Shown here: positions 1 to 8,279 of the stretch, in pieces
How the letters are laid out: the number at the start of each line of letters is the position of its first letter
Position numbering within the stretch: the stretch's first letter is position 1
Assembly: GCA_040007495.1 (NCBI GenBank)
Contig: JBDTUY010000001.1
Span: forward strand, 1-51,963
DNA: 51,963 bases
Origin: Acidobacteriota bacterium
GTDB lineage: Bacteria; Acidobacteriota; Terriglobia; Bryobacterales; Bryobacteraceae
Reading direction: 5' to 3'
The notes under the pieces: model-generated
What the model was told of the DNA's origin: nothing
The model's input: only the letters and a program-made list of their open reading frames with translations
The model's database searches: none
Position numbers and translations under genes: made by a program

Positions 1-1974
1 TTCACCCGAGCATTCGTAATGCTGCTGGCTGCAGCCGCCATTTCCGTTCCTTCGCAGGCGCAGCAATCCTGGGATCCGACCGGCAACGGCCTGCTGAGTG
101 GGAACTACAACTTCCGCGAAACGATCTGGTTGGCCGATGGTGTCGGCATCGGCAATCTGAGCCGCCTAGTTACGCTGACTGGCGTCATCAACTTTAATGG
201 CAAAGGTGCCTATACGATTTCCGCGTCCGTAGCAGATACCGCGGCGAGTGGCACCTCGAACCAAAACTACTCCGGGACCTACACGATCTCGGCCAGCGGT
301 TATGGGTTCCTTGCCGCGCCCTACATCACTAACGGCACGATCTTCGGGACGGTGGCAAACGGCGTCTTCATTGGAAGCGCCACGGAAACGGGGATTAACG
401 AGCTTTTTGTCGCAGCGCAGGCAAGCAGTGCGACCAATGCCAATTTTTCCGGCACGTATACGATGTCGTATTTCAATTTCTCGACTGGTGCCTTCAGCAG
501 TTCCGCAAGTTCGACCGCTCAAATCACATCAAACGGCACCGGAACGATCAATAACGTTGCCGTGCGATCCTATATCGGCACCAGTGGGTCGGCGATCAAT
601 ACGACCGAAACCGGAGTGAAGAACAGTTTTACCGGGGGCGTGGGCACGATGTCATTTCCAACCAGCGGCAATCCGGCGCTGAAGGGAAATATGGACCTGC
701 TGCTTTCCCCGGACGGAAACCTCATATTTGGCGGGACGCACGCCGGATTCGATTTCTACGTGGGCGTCAAGAACGCGGCTGACTCACCGGCCTTTAAGGG
801 GCTGTACTATCAGGCAGGGCTCGACCAAGCCAACAGCTCCGCGACATCCACCACCGTCTCCTTCGGAGAGATGGACACGTTCTACGGGTCATTCCAGGCC
901 AATCCCGCGTCGGCCTCGATTCCCGATGGCGCAGTCGTGCAGCATCAACGCTATTTCGACGCCTTGAGCTTGACGGGCGCCGCAACCACGTACACCGCCA
1001 CAAATTTCTATCCCGGCAACGTCAATTCCTATACAGATTCCCAAACGCATACCGAATACGCATTTAGTCCAAACGCACAATATAGGATCGGGTTTGGCCA
1101 AGGTCCGTACCTGGGGCTTTCGGTCGCAATGCAGGTGCCTACGTTCAGCGGCTCGGGGGTATATCTGAACCCCACCGGCGTACTGAACGGCGCCAGCTAT
1201 GCACCTTTTACGACCGATATCGCGCCCGGCGAGTTGCTGGTGTTATTCGGTACAGGGCTGGCACCCGGGTTGACCACTGCGCCCAGCGGGGCTGCCTTCC
1301 CGCAAATCTTGGGGAACGTCAAGGTATTGTTCAACAACATTCCAGCAGCGCTTTACTACGTAAGTCCGACCCAGATCGCTGTGATCGTCCCCTACGGGAT
1401 CACCAGTTCCATTGCGCAGATTCAGGTGGTGAACAACAACGTGACGTCCAACGCCGTGACCGCCTTCGTGAGTGCCACTGCTCCTGGTATTTTTTCGCAG
1501 AACAACCAGGGCGTTGGAAATGGCTCCGTACTTCACAACGCGGACGGATCGCTTGTCACAGCGACGAACCCGGCTGTTCCGGGCGAGTATATCCAGGTGT
1601 ATCTGACCGGTCTCGGCTCCGTGTTCCCCTCGATCGCCGATGGTTCCCCGGGCGGGACGCAGCAACTTAACACGGTGCCGGATGGTTCTGTCGTAGCCGC
1701 CTTCAACGATGGTTTGGTGAATACACCCATCCACGGTACGATTTTGTTTGCAGGGCTTGCGCCAGGCTACCCAGGCCTCTATCAGGCCAGCGTACAAGTT
1801 CCAGGTGGACTAGCCAGCGGTCCGGCTTTTCTGGATATCGCGACGGGAGATGGGTACACTTCGCAGGTATTAATCTCACTCGCATCGGGAGCAAGCGATG
1901 TTCCTGCCGCGCGCTCCCAACGGACGTCCGCAAGCCCACCTACCCACAGAAAACCGCTCCGCGGCCCACGTTAG
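1..1974 (+). CDS. Secreted repeat protein ending in a TIGR03437-type (Solibacter-style) C-terminal domain; 5' end probably cut by the window edge
   Basis: ORF 19..1974, but the frame stays open back to nt 1 (FTRAFV precedes Met19). MLLAAAAISVPSQA/QQ looks like only the h/c part of a signal peptide. The C-terminal ~220 aa carry NGASYAP..PGELLVLFGTGLAP..ALYYVSPTQIAVIVPYG..APGIFSQNNQG..NPAVPGEYIQVYLTGLG..FAGLAPGYPGLYQASVQVP, the motif series I associate with TIGR03437. The N-terminal part has repeated (F/Y)SGTYT(I/M)S units. Confidence 0.75.
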   Translation, partial: FTRAFVMLLAAAAISVPSQAQQSWDPTGNGLLSGNYNFRETIWLADGVGIGNLSRLVTLTGVINFNGKGAYTISASVADTAASGTSNQNYSGTYTISASGYGFLAAPYITNGTIFGTVANGVFIGSATETGINELFVAAQASSATNANFSGTYTMSYFNFSTGAFSSSASSTAQITSNGTGTINNVAVRSYIGTSGSAINTTETGVKNSFTGGVGTMSFPTSGNPALKGNMDLLLSPDGNLIFGGTHAGFDFYVGVKNAADSPAFKGLYYQAGLDQANSSATSTTVSFGEMDTFYGSFQANPASASIPDGAVVQHQRYFDALSLTGAATTYTATNFYPGNVNSYTDSQTHTEYAFSPNAQYRIGFGQGPYLGLSVAMQVPTFSGSGVYLNPTGVLNGASYAPFTTDIAPGELLVLFGTGLAPGLTTAPSGAAFPQILGNVKVLFNNIPAALYYVSPTQIAVIVPYGITSSIAQIQVVNNNVTSNAVTAFVSATAPGIFSQNNQGVGNGSVLHNADGSLVTATNPAVPGEYIQVYLTGLGSVFPSIADGSPGGTQQLNTVPDGSVVAAFNDGLVNTPIHGTILFAGLAPGYPGLYQASVQVPGGLASGPAFLDIATGDGYTSQVLISLASGASDVPAARSQRTSASPPTHRKPLRGPR

Positions 1975-2053
1975 ACCGATTTCCGGTCGCGGAGGAGGAT
2001 ATATTCATCTCCTAGCAAACTGCTTTGCGCTTTTGTTACAATGGATTAGATCT

Positions 2054-2296
2054 ATGGCTACCAAACCAGCATTCGCGCAAGGTGCCCAAGTGGAACACCC
2101 CAAGTTTGGGCTGGGCGGCGTGCTCTCCTGTACCGAAGAATACATCGTAGTGAAGTGGGACGATCACGGCGAAAAGAAGTTTGTTCTCGCTATTATTCTC
2201 CCGCACTTAAAGAAAAGCGATCGTCAGGCTCCTGCGGAAAAACGCAAGACCCGCGCACCGCGTAAGAAGGCCGTCGTGGCTCCCGCCACTGCCTAA
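2054..2296 (+). CDS. Small (80 aa) Tudor/DUF3553-like protein with Lys/Arg-rich C-terminal tail
   Basis: Internal ATG of ORF 1898..2296; the upstream 52 codons overlap the previous gene and look non-coding. GAQVEHPKFGLGGVLSCTEEYIVVKWDDHGEKKF resembles the G-x-V-x-H-x-x-FG-x-G-x-V motif of DUF3553 / UvrD-PcrA C-terminal Tudor-like domains. The tail is KKSDRQAPAEKRKTRAPRKK. Confidence 0.5.
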   Translation: MATKPAFAQGAQVEHPKFGLGGVLSCTEEYIVVKWDDHGEKKFVLAIILPHLKKSDRQAPAEKRKTRAPRKKAVVAPATA

Positions 2297-2378
2297 CCGG
2301 TCACAGCAACACAGCACCGCTGGCATGTCAGTCTAAAGTACGCGAAGCTCATAGGAGCTTTCGCGCATCCAAACTCCC

Positions 2379-3386
2379 ATGCCCAATCCGCCCAACGGTT
2401 CTTCTGATCCGCCCCATTCGCCAACGCTCGAACCGGACCTGGTCGCGCATCGGACATCCGCTAAGTCGCCATCTTTTGACCCGGGCCTGACCCAGAAGTA
2501 TACCGGCGCTCTGCTACGCAGCGTCAACAAAGACGGGTCGTTTAACATTCGCAGGCGCCACTCAGCTTTTGCCGGGGATTTCTACACGCGCTTGGTGGCC
2601 GTCGGCTGGTCGCGATTCTTGGTCACCGTTGCCGGAGCTTACATGGCGGTAAACCTGCTCTTCGCCACGATCTATACCGCTCTGGGCCCCAACACCCTGC
2701 GAGCCAGCGATAGCGAACTGGGGCTTTCGCAATTCACCACGGCGTTTTTCTTCAGCGTCCACACCTTGACCACGGTGGGTTATGGCGACCTGTACCCTCT
2801 GGGCTTCTGGCCGAATACGGTGGCGGCCATTGAGGCTGCGCTTGGTTTAATGGGCTTCGCGCTCGCCACCGGCTTGTTATACGCGCGTTTTTCTCGACCG
2901 ACCGCGCGGCTGCGATTTAGCAGGCAGGCGTTGATGGCCCCGTTCAACACGGGCACCAGTCTGCAGTTTCGCATCGCCAATGAACGGGCCAACGTGCTGA
3001 TGGAGGTCAGCGCCGACGTGATGCTGATGACCGTGGTCCAGGGCGAAGACGGCCAACTGAAGCGCCAATTCCAGGAACTCAAGCTAGAGCGCGACGGGAT
3101 CTTTTTCCTGGCCCTAACCTGGACCCTGGTGCATCCTATTGATGAAACCAGCCCGCTATGGGGGAAGGCCGCGACCGATCTGGAAGCGCTGCAAGCAGAG
3201 TTGATCATCCTGATCCGCAGCTTCGACGATTCCTTCAGCCAGGTGGTCCATTCGCGGCACTCCTACGTGTGGAAGGAAATACAATGGTCTGCGCGCTTCG
3301 CCCCCGCTTTCGAGGTTTCCAAACAGGGCCACATGGTGCTGGACGTTGGCAAGATCAGTGATATTCTGCCAGTGGAACCCACGTAA
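2379..3386 (+). CDS. Inward-rectifier-type potassium channel (KirBac family)
   Basis: K+ selectivity filter TLTTVGYGDLYP lies between two hydrophobic helices (WSRFLVTVAGAYMAVNLLFATIY and AAIEAALGLMGFALATGLLYARF). Slide-helix region NKDGSFNIRRR..DFYTRLV and a ~150-aa beta-rich cytoplasmic domain follow (SLQFRIANERANVLMEV..LTWTLVHPIDETSPL..ELIILIRSFDDSFSQ), as in KirBac1.1/3.1. Confidence 0.9.
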   Translation: MPNPPNGSSDPPHSPTLEPDLVAHRTSAKSPSFDPGLTQKYTGALLRSVNKDGSFNIRRRHSAFAGDFYTRLVAVGWSRFLVTVAGAYMAVNLLFATIYTALGPNTLRASDSELGLSQFTTAFFFSVHTLTTVGYGDLYPLGFWPNTVAAIEAALGLMGFALATGLLYARFSRPTARLRFSRQALMAPFNTGTSLQFRIANERANVLMEVSADVMLMTVVQGEDGQLKRQFQELKLERDGIFFLALTWTLVHPIDETSPLWGKAATDLEALQAELIILIRSFDDSFSQVVHSRHSYVWKEIQWSARFAPAFEVSKQGHMVLDVGKISDILPVEPT

Positions 3387-3484
3387 AGTGAGTCATTTCA
3401 CAACGCAGTAAGGCAAGTCCCACCTAGGTTTGCAGGGAAAGACCTTAGTGGATGTATGTTTACAACGGCCGATAAGTCTGGTAG

Positions 3485-4288
3485 ATGTCTCTCCATGCCT
3501 CGCCCCGGGCGTCGACACCTGCGTTGACCTGGGTCCAAGTCCGGCGCGCGTTTGCGGTTGCGATGCTGCTTTCTGCGGCAGGTCAGGCGGCCGACATTCA
3601 GGGCACGATCGTAGTGGAGAGGAAACTAACCAAGCGAAATGTGACTCCCGCCGCCGGTCTCTATCAACGGGTTGTAGCCGTAGAGGTTGGCGCCGACGTT
3701 GAGCAGGATCCGCTCGCGTATGAGCGATCACACGTCGTCATCTATCTGGAAGGACAGCCAGATTCCAGGAGGGGGCCAGCGTCCCGGAGTCCGTCAGCGT
3801 CGATTGAGCAGAGGGATCGGCGCTTTGTGCCGGATATCGTGACGATACCGGCAAATTCAGTCATCTCCTTCCCCAATTTCGACCCGGTATTCCACAACGT
3901 CTTCTCCCTCTCCAAACCCAAGAACTTCGATCTAGGCAATTACGCCAAGGGACAGACGCGTCTGGTCACCTTTTCGCGACCCGGGGTCGTACTGGTCTAT
4001 TGCCACCTGCATCCGAACATGGCGGCAGCTATCGTGGTTACGCCGAATCAGTTTGCCGCGATTGCCGATGCCAGCGGCAAATTCACCCTGCACGACGTGC
4101 CGCCAGGGAAATACACGGTAGTCGCGTGGCACAAGACCGCTGGGATATTTCGTCAAACCATCGAGGTCACCGAAAATGGCGCAAGCGGCGTGCGGTTCCT
4201 AGTCCCTCTGCCTGCCGAACCTCTGCCGCCTGAATCTACATCTCACGCCGATCGCGACCACCCGACCGGAGCCGTAGCGAACCGGTAG
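3485..4288 (+). CDS. Periplasmic type-1 (blue) copper protein, amicyanin/MauL-like cupredoxin fused to a CarboxypepD_reg-like beta-sandwich
   Basis: All four T1Cu ligands are present in amicyanin spacing: FHNVF (His) and VYCHLHPNM (Cys-x2-His-x2-Met; compare amicyanin PHNVHF and HCTPHPFM). The N-terminus has an RR-containing signal (QVRRAFAVAMLLSAAGQAA/D), possibly Tat. The C-terminal SGKFTLHDVPPGKYTVVAWH is typical of carboxypeptidase-regulatory-like domains. Confidence 0.8.
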   Translation: MSLHASPRASTPALTWVQVRRAFAVAMLLSAAGQAADIQGTIVVERKLTKRNVTPAAGLYQRVVAVEVGADVEQDPLAYERSHVVIYLEGQPDSRRGPASRSPSASIEQRDRRFVPDIVTIPANSVISFPNFDPVFHNVFSLSKPKNFDLGNYAKGQTRLVTFSRPGVVLVYCHLHPNMAAAIVVTPNQFAAIADASGKFTLHDVPPGKYTVVAWHKTAGIFRQTIEVTENGASGVRFLVPLPAEPLPPESTSHADRDHPTGAVANR

Positions 4289-4298
4289 GGTCGACACA

Positions 4299-6125
4299 AT
4301 GCGCTTTGCCACCCGAATCTTTCTATGGTCTTTCCTGCCTTTGGGAATTCTATTGGCGGTTACTTTCTGGGTGGTCCGGAACACGGTGGTATCGACCGTC
4401 CGCGAGGGCCTCTTGGCCTCAGTCCGGCAAAACCAACAACTGCTGGTCAGCGAGCATCAGCGAAATGAACGTCAGAGCAGCCGCCTACTGGAAGTCCTCT
4501 CGGAAAATCCCTCGCTGAAGGCGGGTCTTCAACTCCTGCGAGACGAGCACGGTTTGAGCCAAGCTGTAACCCAAGGTGAAAACAACCAGGCGCGCGCGAC
4601 CGTGGAAGACCAGCTCAGTGAGCTTTCGGGAACTCTAGGCTTTGAGTTCGTCGTGGTGTCGGATGTGGCAGGAAAGGCTTTGGCAGGAATCGTAGCAACA
4701 GCGTCCGGGTTTGAGCCCGCGAATCTGAGTAAATTCGGGACGCCCCGGTCCGGATTCTTCCAACTCGGCTCGAACTTTTATCAGGTGTATAAGATACCTA
4801 TCCATCAAGGCGATGAGAGCGTTGGAACGCTGATGGTAGGGGAGCCGTTCGACATCGCGAAGCTTCCAACCCCTGCGGTGTTGCTGCACCGGGGAATACC
4901 CGCCGCCTCGAATGCGGCTGGATTTCCGTTGGCCGATTCCGAAAAAGTGTTTGCACGCTGCCAAACCTCGGAGGAATGCGAGTTCCGTCTGCACGGCGCT
5001 AGCTACCTGTCGTTACCCTTGCGCGAGTCGCAAAGAGTGGACGCCGGTGCGGATACCCGTACCGACCGCGAAGACGAATTCCAATTGCGAAGTCTGCAAG
5101 ACCTGGACTCCGCGAGCGCACCTGTGCAGGCCACGCTTCGCGGCGTTTTCTTAACCGCCGAAGCGTCAATACTGGTAGCGGCGTTAGGCATCAGCCTGTT
5201 GAGTTCTCGTTCGATCGTCCGGCCGCTGGGTAGCGTGGTGCAGCACTTGCGGGAAGCTGGCAAAACGGGTCGGCTCCCGGAGTTCTCTACAGAAACCCAA
5301 AAGGTTCAGGAGATCCACGCATTGATGGACGGCTTCAATCAAGCCTCTTCAGCCGTTCGGCGGTCCCGCGAAGAGTTACTGGCGGCCTATGTGGAGTTTG
5401 TGGGGTCGCTGGCGCAGGCGGTGGATGCCCGGGACCCATATACGGCGGGCCACAGCCGACGTGTAAGCCGCTATTCTTGCGCGATCGCGGAACAGATGCA
5501 GATTCCCGCCAGGGAACTGGAGACCATTCGTATCGGAGGTCTGCTGCATGACGTCGGCAAGATTGGCATTTCCGATGTCGTGCTGCAGAAGCCGGGTAGG
5601 CTTACACCAGAAGAGGACGCTTTGATCCGCCAGCATCCGACCATTGGACGCAGGATTCTGGAAGGCGTCCACGGGTTTGAAGCCTATCTGCCAATCGTAG
5701 AATTGCACCACGAGAACTGGGACGGTTCGGGCTATCCGCACGGCTTGACCGCGCCCCAAACTCCTCTGGACGCGCGCATCGTCAAGGTCGCGGACGCCTA
5801 CGACGCGATGACTTCGGATCGGCCCTATCGCAAGGGCATGGCACATGAGAAAGCCTTAGCCATACTCTCCGAACGCGTGGATATTGAGTTTGACCGCCAG
5901 ATCGTGGAGACGCTCGCGCGCCTGCCCATCTCGCGGATTCTCGCGGCGGCGGAAAACGGCACGGCGCTCGACGCAGCAGCGGAGCAAAATCTGTCTCTAG
6001 AAAATCTTCTGGAAACCCTGCATCGATCCAGCGGCGATTCGCCCTTTCACGAAGGCTCTGCGCTCGCAGCGCACGAAAACAAAACCGGCGAAGCGGTGGC
6101 GGCCTCGCGGGAAGGCGACGCATGA
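4299..6125 (+). CDS. Membrane-bound HD-GYP domain c-di-GMP phosphodiesterase with large periplasmic (PDC/Cache-like) sensor domain
   Basis: TM1 is IFLWSFLPLGILLAVTFWVV, followed by ~260 periplasmic aa, then TM2 VFLTAEASILVAALGISLL plus a HAMP-like linker. The HD-GYP core follows: RDPYTAGHSRRV..GGLLHDVGKIGI..HHENWDGSGYPHGL..ADAYDAMTSDRPYRKGM. The gene starts 10 nt after the cupredoxin stop. Confidence 0.9.
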   Translation: MRFATRIFLWSFLPLGILLAVTFWVVRNTVVSTVREGLLASVRQNQQLLVSEHQRNERQSSRLLEVLSENPSLKAGLQLLRDEHGLSQAVTQGENNQARATVEDQLSELSGTLGFEFVVVSDVAGKALAGIVATASGFEPANLSKFGTPRSGFFQLGSNFYQVYKIPIHQGDESVGTLMVGEPFDIAKLPTPAVLLHRGIPAASNAAGFPLADSEKVFARCQTSEECEFRLHGASYLSLPLRESQRVDAGADTRTDREDEFQLRSLQDLDSASAPVQATLRGVFLTAEASILVAALGISLLSSRSIVRPLGSVVQHLREAGKTGRLPEFSTETQKVQEIHALMDGFNQASSAVRRSREELLAAYVEFVGSLAQAVDARDPYTAGHSRRVSRYSCAIAEQMQIPARELETIRIGGLLHDVGKIGISDVVLQKPGRLTPEEDALIRQHPTIGRRILEGVHGFEAYLPIVELHHENWDGSGYPHGLTAPQTPLDARIVKVADAYDAMTSDRPYRKGMAHEKALAILSERVDIEFDRQIVETLARLPISRILAAAENGTALDAAAEQNLSLENLLETLHRSSGDSPFHEGSALAAHENKTGEAVAASREGDA

Positions 6126-7213
6126 GGCTGTGCGCAAGACTGGTCATCGGCTGGGTATGCTGCAGCCTTACCACGTCAGGTTGGGCCCAGGAGGCCGAAT
6201 CGGGTTTTGATCTGCGGGGCTCGATCAGCACCGAGGGTATGTACAGCCATGCGTTCTCCAGCGCTTCCGGAAACAGTCCGGTCAACGGCGGGTTTCAGAC
6301 TCTGCTCTATCCGACCTGGAAAGTGAACTCCCACTGGTCGTTTTCCGGAGCAGTTCAGGTGCGATCACAGCCCTATTTCCGCGAGGAGTATTCGGATAGC
6401 AAAGCTCGCGCGATCGTCGTCGACGTAGTGCAGGCGAACCTGACCTATTCACGATTTTGGAAGCAGAGCTCGCTTTCGGTCCGTGTGGGTCAGATGACTA
6501 CTGCATTCGGATCGTTCATGCTGCGCTACGATCCTGCGTCAAACTACGTTGTCGATCTGCCTCCCACCTACGGTTACTACTACAAGCCGGTAACCAGCCT
6601 CGGACTGTTGGGCGCGCAAGTGGACGCCACAGTAAAAAGGTTCGACCTCCGCGCGCAGATCTCCAATTCGTCGCCTGCCAATCCGCGGACGCCCTTCGAT
6701 CACGACCAGTACGCCACCTGGACGGCTGGCGCGGGGTTCACGATTCAACAAGGCTTCAGAATTGGTACATCGGTCTACCGGGGTCCGTATCTGGATCGTC
6801 AGTATCCATACTTTTTCCGGGGTGAAGCCGACCCGAAGTCTCTGCCCGCGACTGCCTACGGCCTGGACGTCCAATGGGGGCGGGGTGCCTGGAATGCCTC
6901 GGGCGAACTGCAGCATTTTTCGATGGCGTATCACGTGATCCCGACCTTCACGGAACATTCAGGCTATGCGGAACTCCGGCGGACACTCACACCGCGCTGG
7001 TACGCCGCAACCCGCATCAGCTATCTGCGCGCCAGCGCTTTTCGCGGCTCCCAGATCTACGAACTGGTGGCAGGCTATCGTCCGAACCGTTATCAACTGC
7101 TCAAGTTCGGCTACCAGATCCAGCAGGGGTCGGCCATACGAGGCACGCTGCAGAATGGGGCGGTGGTGCAATTGGTGACAACGTTCCATGCGCTATCCTT
7201 GGCTGGGAAGTAA
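6122..7213 (+). CDS. Predicted outer-membrane beta-barrel protein (family not recognised)
   Basis: The start overlaps the HD-GYP stop (ATGA at 6122..6125). Signal peptide is MRLCARLVIGWVCCSLTTSGWA/QE. There are many 9-12-aa alternating hydrophobic/polar strands with aromatic girdles (WSFSGAVQVRS, VVDVVQANLTYSR, WTAGAGFTIQQGFRIGTSVYRG, AYGLDVQWGRGAWNASGELQHF, YELVAGYRPNRYQLLKFGYQIQQG). The C-terminus lacks the classical terminal Phe. Confidence 0.6.
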   Translation: MRLCARLVIGWVCCSLTTSGWAQEAESGFDLRGSISTEGMYSHAFSSASGNSPVNGGFQTLLYPTWKVNSHWSFSGAVQVRSQPYFREEYSDSKARAIVVDVVQANLTYSRFWKQSSLSVRVGQMTTAFGSFMLRYDPASNYVVDLPPTYGYYYKPVTSLGLLGAQVDATVKRFDLRAQISNSSPANPRTPFDHDQYATWTAGAGFTIQQGFRIGTSVYRGPYLDRQYPYFFRGEADPKSLPATAYGLDVQWGRGAWNASGELQHFSMAYHVIPTFTEHSGYAELRRTLTPRWYAATRISYLRASAFRGSQIYELVAGYRPNRYQLLKFGYQIQQGSAIRGTLQNGAVVQLVTTFHALSLAGK

Positions 7214-7456
7214 GCTCGGACGCTGAAGTGAGCTCGTAAGGAGAACCCTGTCGGAAGAAAAGCGGCAACCTACCTCCTGCGGCGCAAGGTAGCGCAAGGC
7301 CTCCAAAGTGTAGTACCCTTGTAATTCCTGCCCTCTCCGGAATCGGGGATGGTAGAGCTATCGCCAGACGCAAGTCCCAGGTAGGCCCCGGTGGAACGAA
7401 CTACGGGAGCGGCCTAAAACAAGCCATCCGGTTTAGCAATTGGTTAGAGGATTCCT

Positions 7457-7765
7457 ATGTACGCAGTCATAGAAACGGGCGGAAAACAGTATAAAGTGAT
7501 GCCGGGTTCGTCGTTTGAAGTGGAGACGCTGGAGGGCGAAGTCGGTTCTCAGGTCGAATTCACCAAGGTCTTGGCCCTCGCCGATGGCGATCAGGTCAAG
7601 GCTGGCACTGCCGTTGCCGGAGCCAAGGTAGTGGGCACAATCGAGCGCCACGGGCGCGGCGAGAAGACCATCGTGTTCAAGTTCAAGCGCAAGAAGCAGT
7701 ATCGCCGCACGCAGGGCCATCGCCAGAACTTCACGCGCGTCGCAGTGAACGAGATCGTCGCCTAA
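7457..7765 (+). CDS. rplU: 50S ribosomal protein L21
   Basis: [14 protein letters not shown].. is the canonical L21 N-terminus; the length is 102 aa; a GAGGA SD lies upstream. Confidence 0.97.
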   Translation: MYAVIETGGKQYKVMPGSSFEVETLEGEVGSQVEFTKVLALADGDQVKAGTAVAGAKVVGTIERHGRGEKTIVFKFKRKKQYRRTQGHRQNFTRVAVNEIVA

Positions 7766-7812
7766 GCGGCAGACATCCGAATCGCAACAGATCAAATTTA
7801 GACAGGTGTTTT

Positions 7813-8076
7813 ATGGCACATAAAAAAGGTTTAGGCAGTTCCAAAAACGGCCGCGATTCAAATGCCCAACGGTTGGGCGTGAAGGCATTTGGCGGCCAGT
7901 TGGTCCCCGGCGGGTCGATCATTGTGCGGCAGCGCGGCTCCAAGATTAAGCCCGGCCTGAATGTCGGCATCGGCAAGGATGACACGTTGTTCGCCAAGGT
8001 CACCGGCGTAATCGTATTCCGCGACCGCGGCCGGATGGGCAAGTTCGTCAACGTCACCGCAGCCGTAGCTGAATAA
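7813..8076 (+). CDS. rpmA: 50S ribosomal protein L27
   Basis: [33 protein letters not shown] are canonical L27 motifs; it sits directly after rplU. Confidence 0.97.
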   Translation: MAHKKGLGSSKNGRDSNAQRLGVKAFGGQLVPGGSIIVRQRGSKIKPGLNVGIGKDDTLFAKVTGVIVFRDRGRMGKFVNVTAAVAE

Positions 8077-8080
8077 TTTC

Positions 8081-8138
8081 GGGCCAGGGATTGGGCGCCA
8101 AGAGGCCGAAACCGGCCTCGACGTCAGGTCACTGGCCC
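8081..8138 (+). terminator. Nested stem-loop after rpmA (possible rplU-rpmA terminator/attenuator)
   Basis: The outer stem GGGCCAG (8081..8087) / CTGGCCC (8132..8138) encloses a 7-bp hairpin GAGGCCG-AAAC-CGGCCTC (8102..8119). It is followed by TTCGTGTGT, which is only a weak U-tract. Confidence 0.35.
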
Positions 8139-8163
8139 TTCGTGTGTCTGGTGGAATATGGGT

Positions 8164-8244
8164 AACCGCTCCCTATGGTCGCGGCTCAGTAACTGGCTAT
8201 AAGCGGAAAAGGTCGATACTGAGCCACGACCATAGGGAGCGGTT
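8164..8244. repeat. 28-bp-stem near-perfect inverted repeat (81 nt) in the rpmA-obg spacer
   Basis: AACCGCTCCCTATGGTCGCGGCTCAGTA (8164..8191) pairs with TACTGAGCCACGACCATAGGGAGCGGTT (8217..8244). There is one G.U position and a 25-nt loop. TGGAAT occurs on both flanks (8152..8157 and 8247..8252). Confidence 0.8.
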
Positions 8245-8279
8245 GCTGGAATCATCCACGCAGCCCCAAGCAGGTATTT

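Noticed and set aside
7214-7456. Ribosomal-protein leader or small RNA in the 243-nt region upstream of rplU
   Set aside because: I found only short, weak hairpins (for example CTACCT/AGGTAG at ~7270..7292) and no motif I recognise. The Firmicute L21 leader is not expected here. It is probably just a promoter and 5' UTR.
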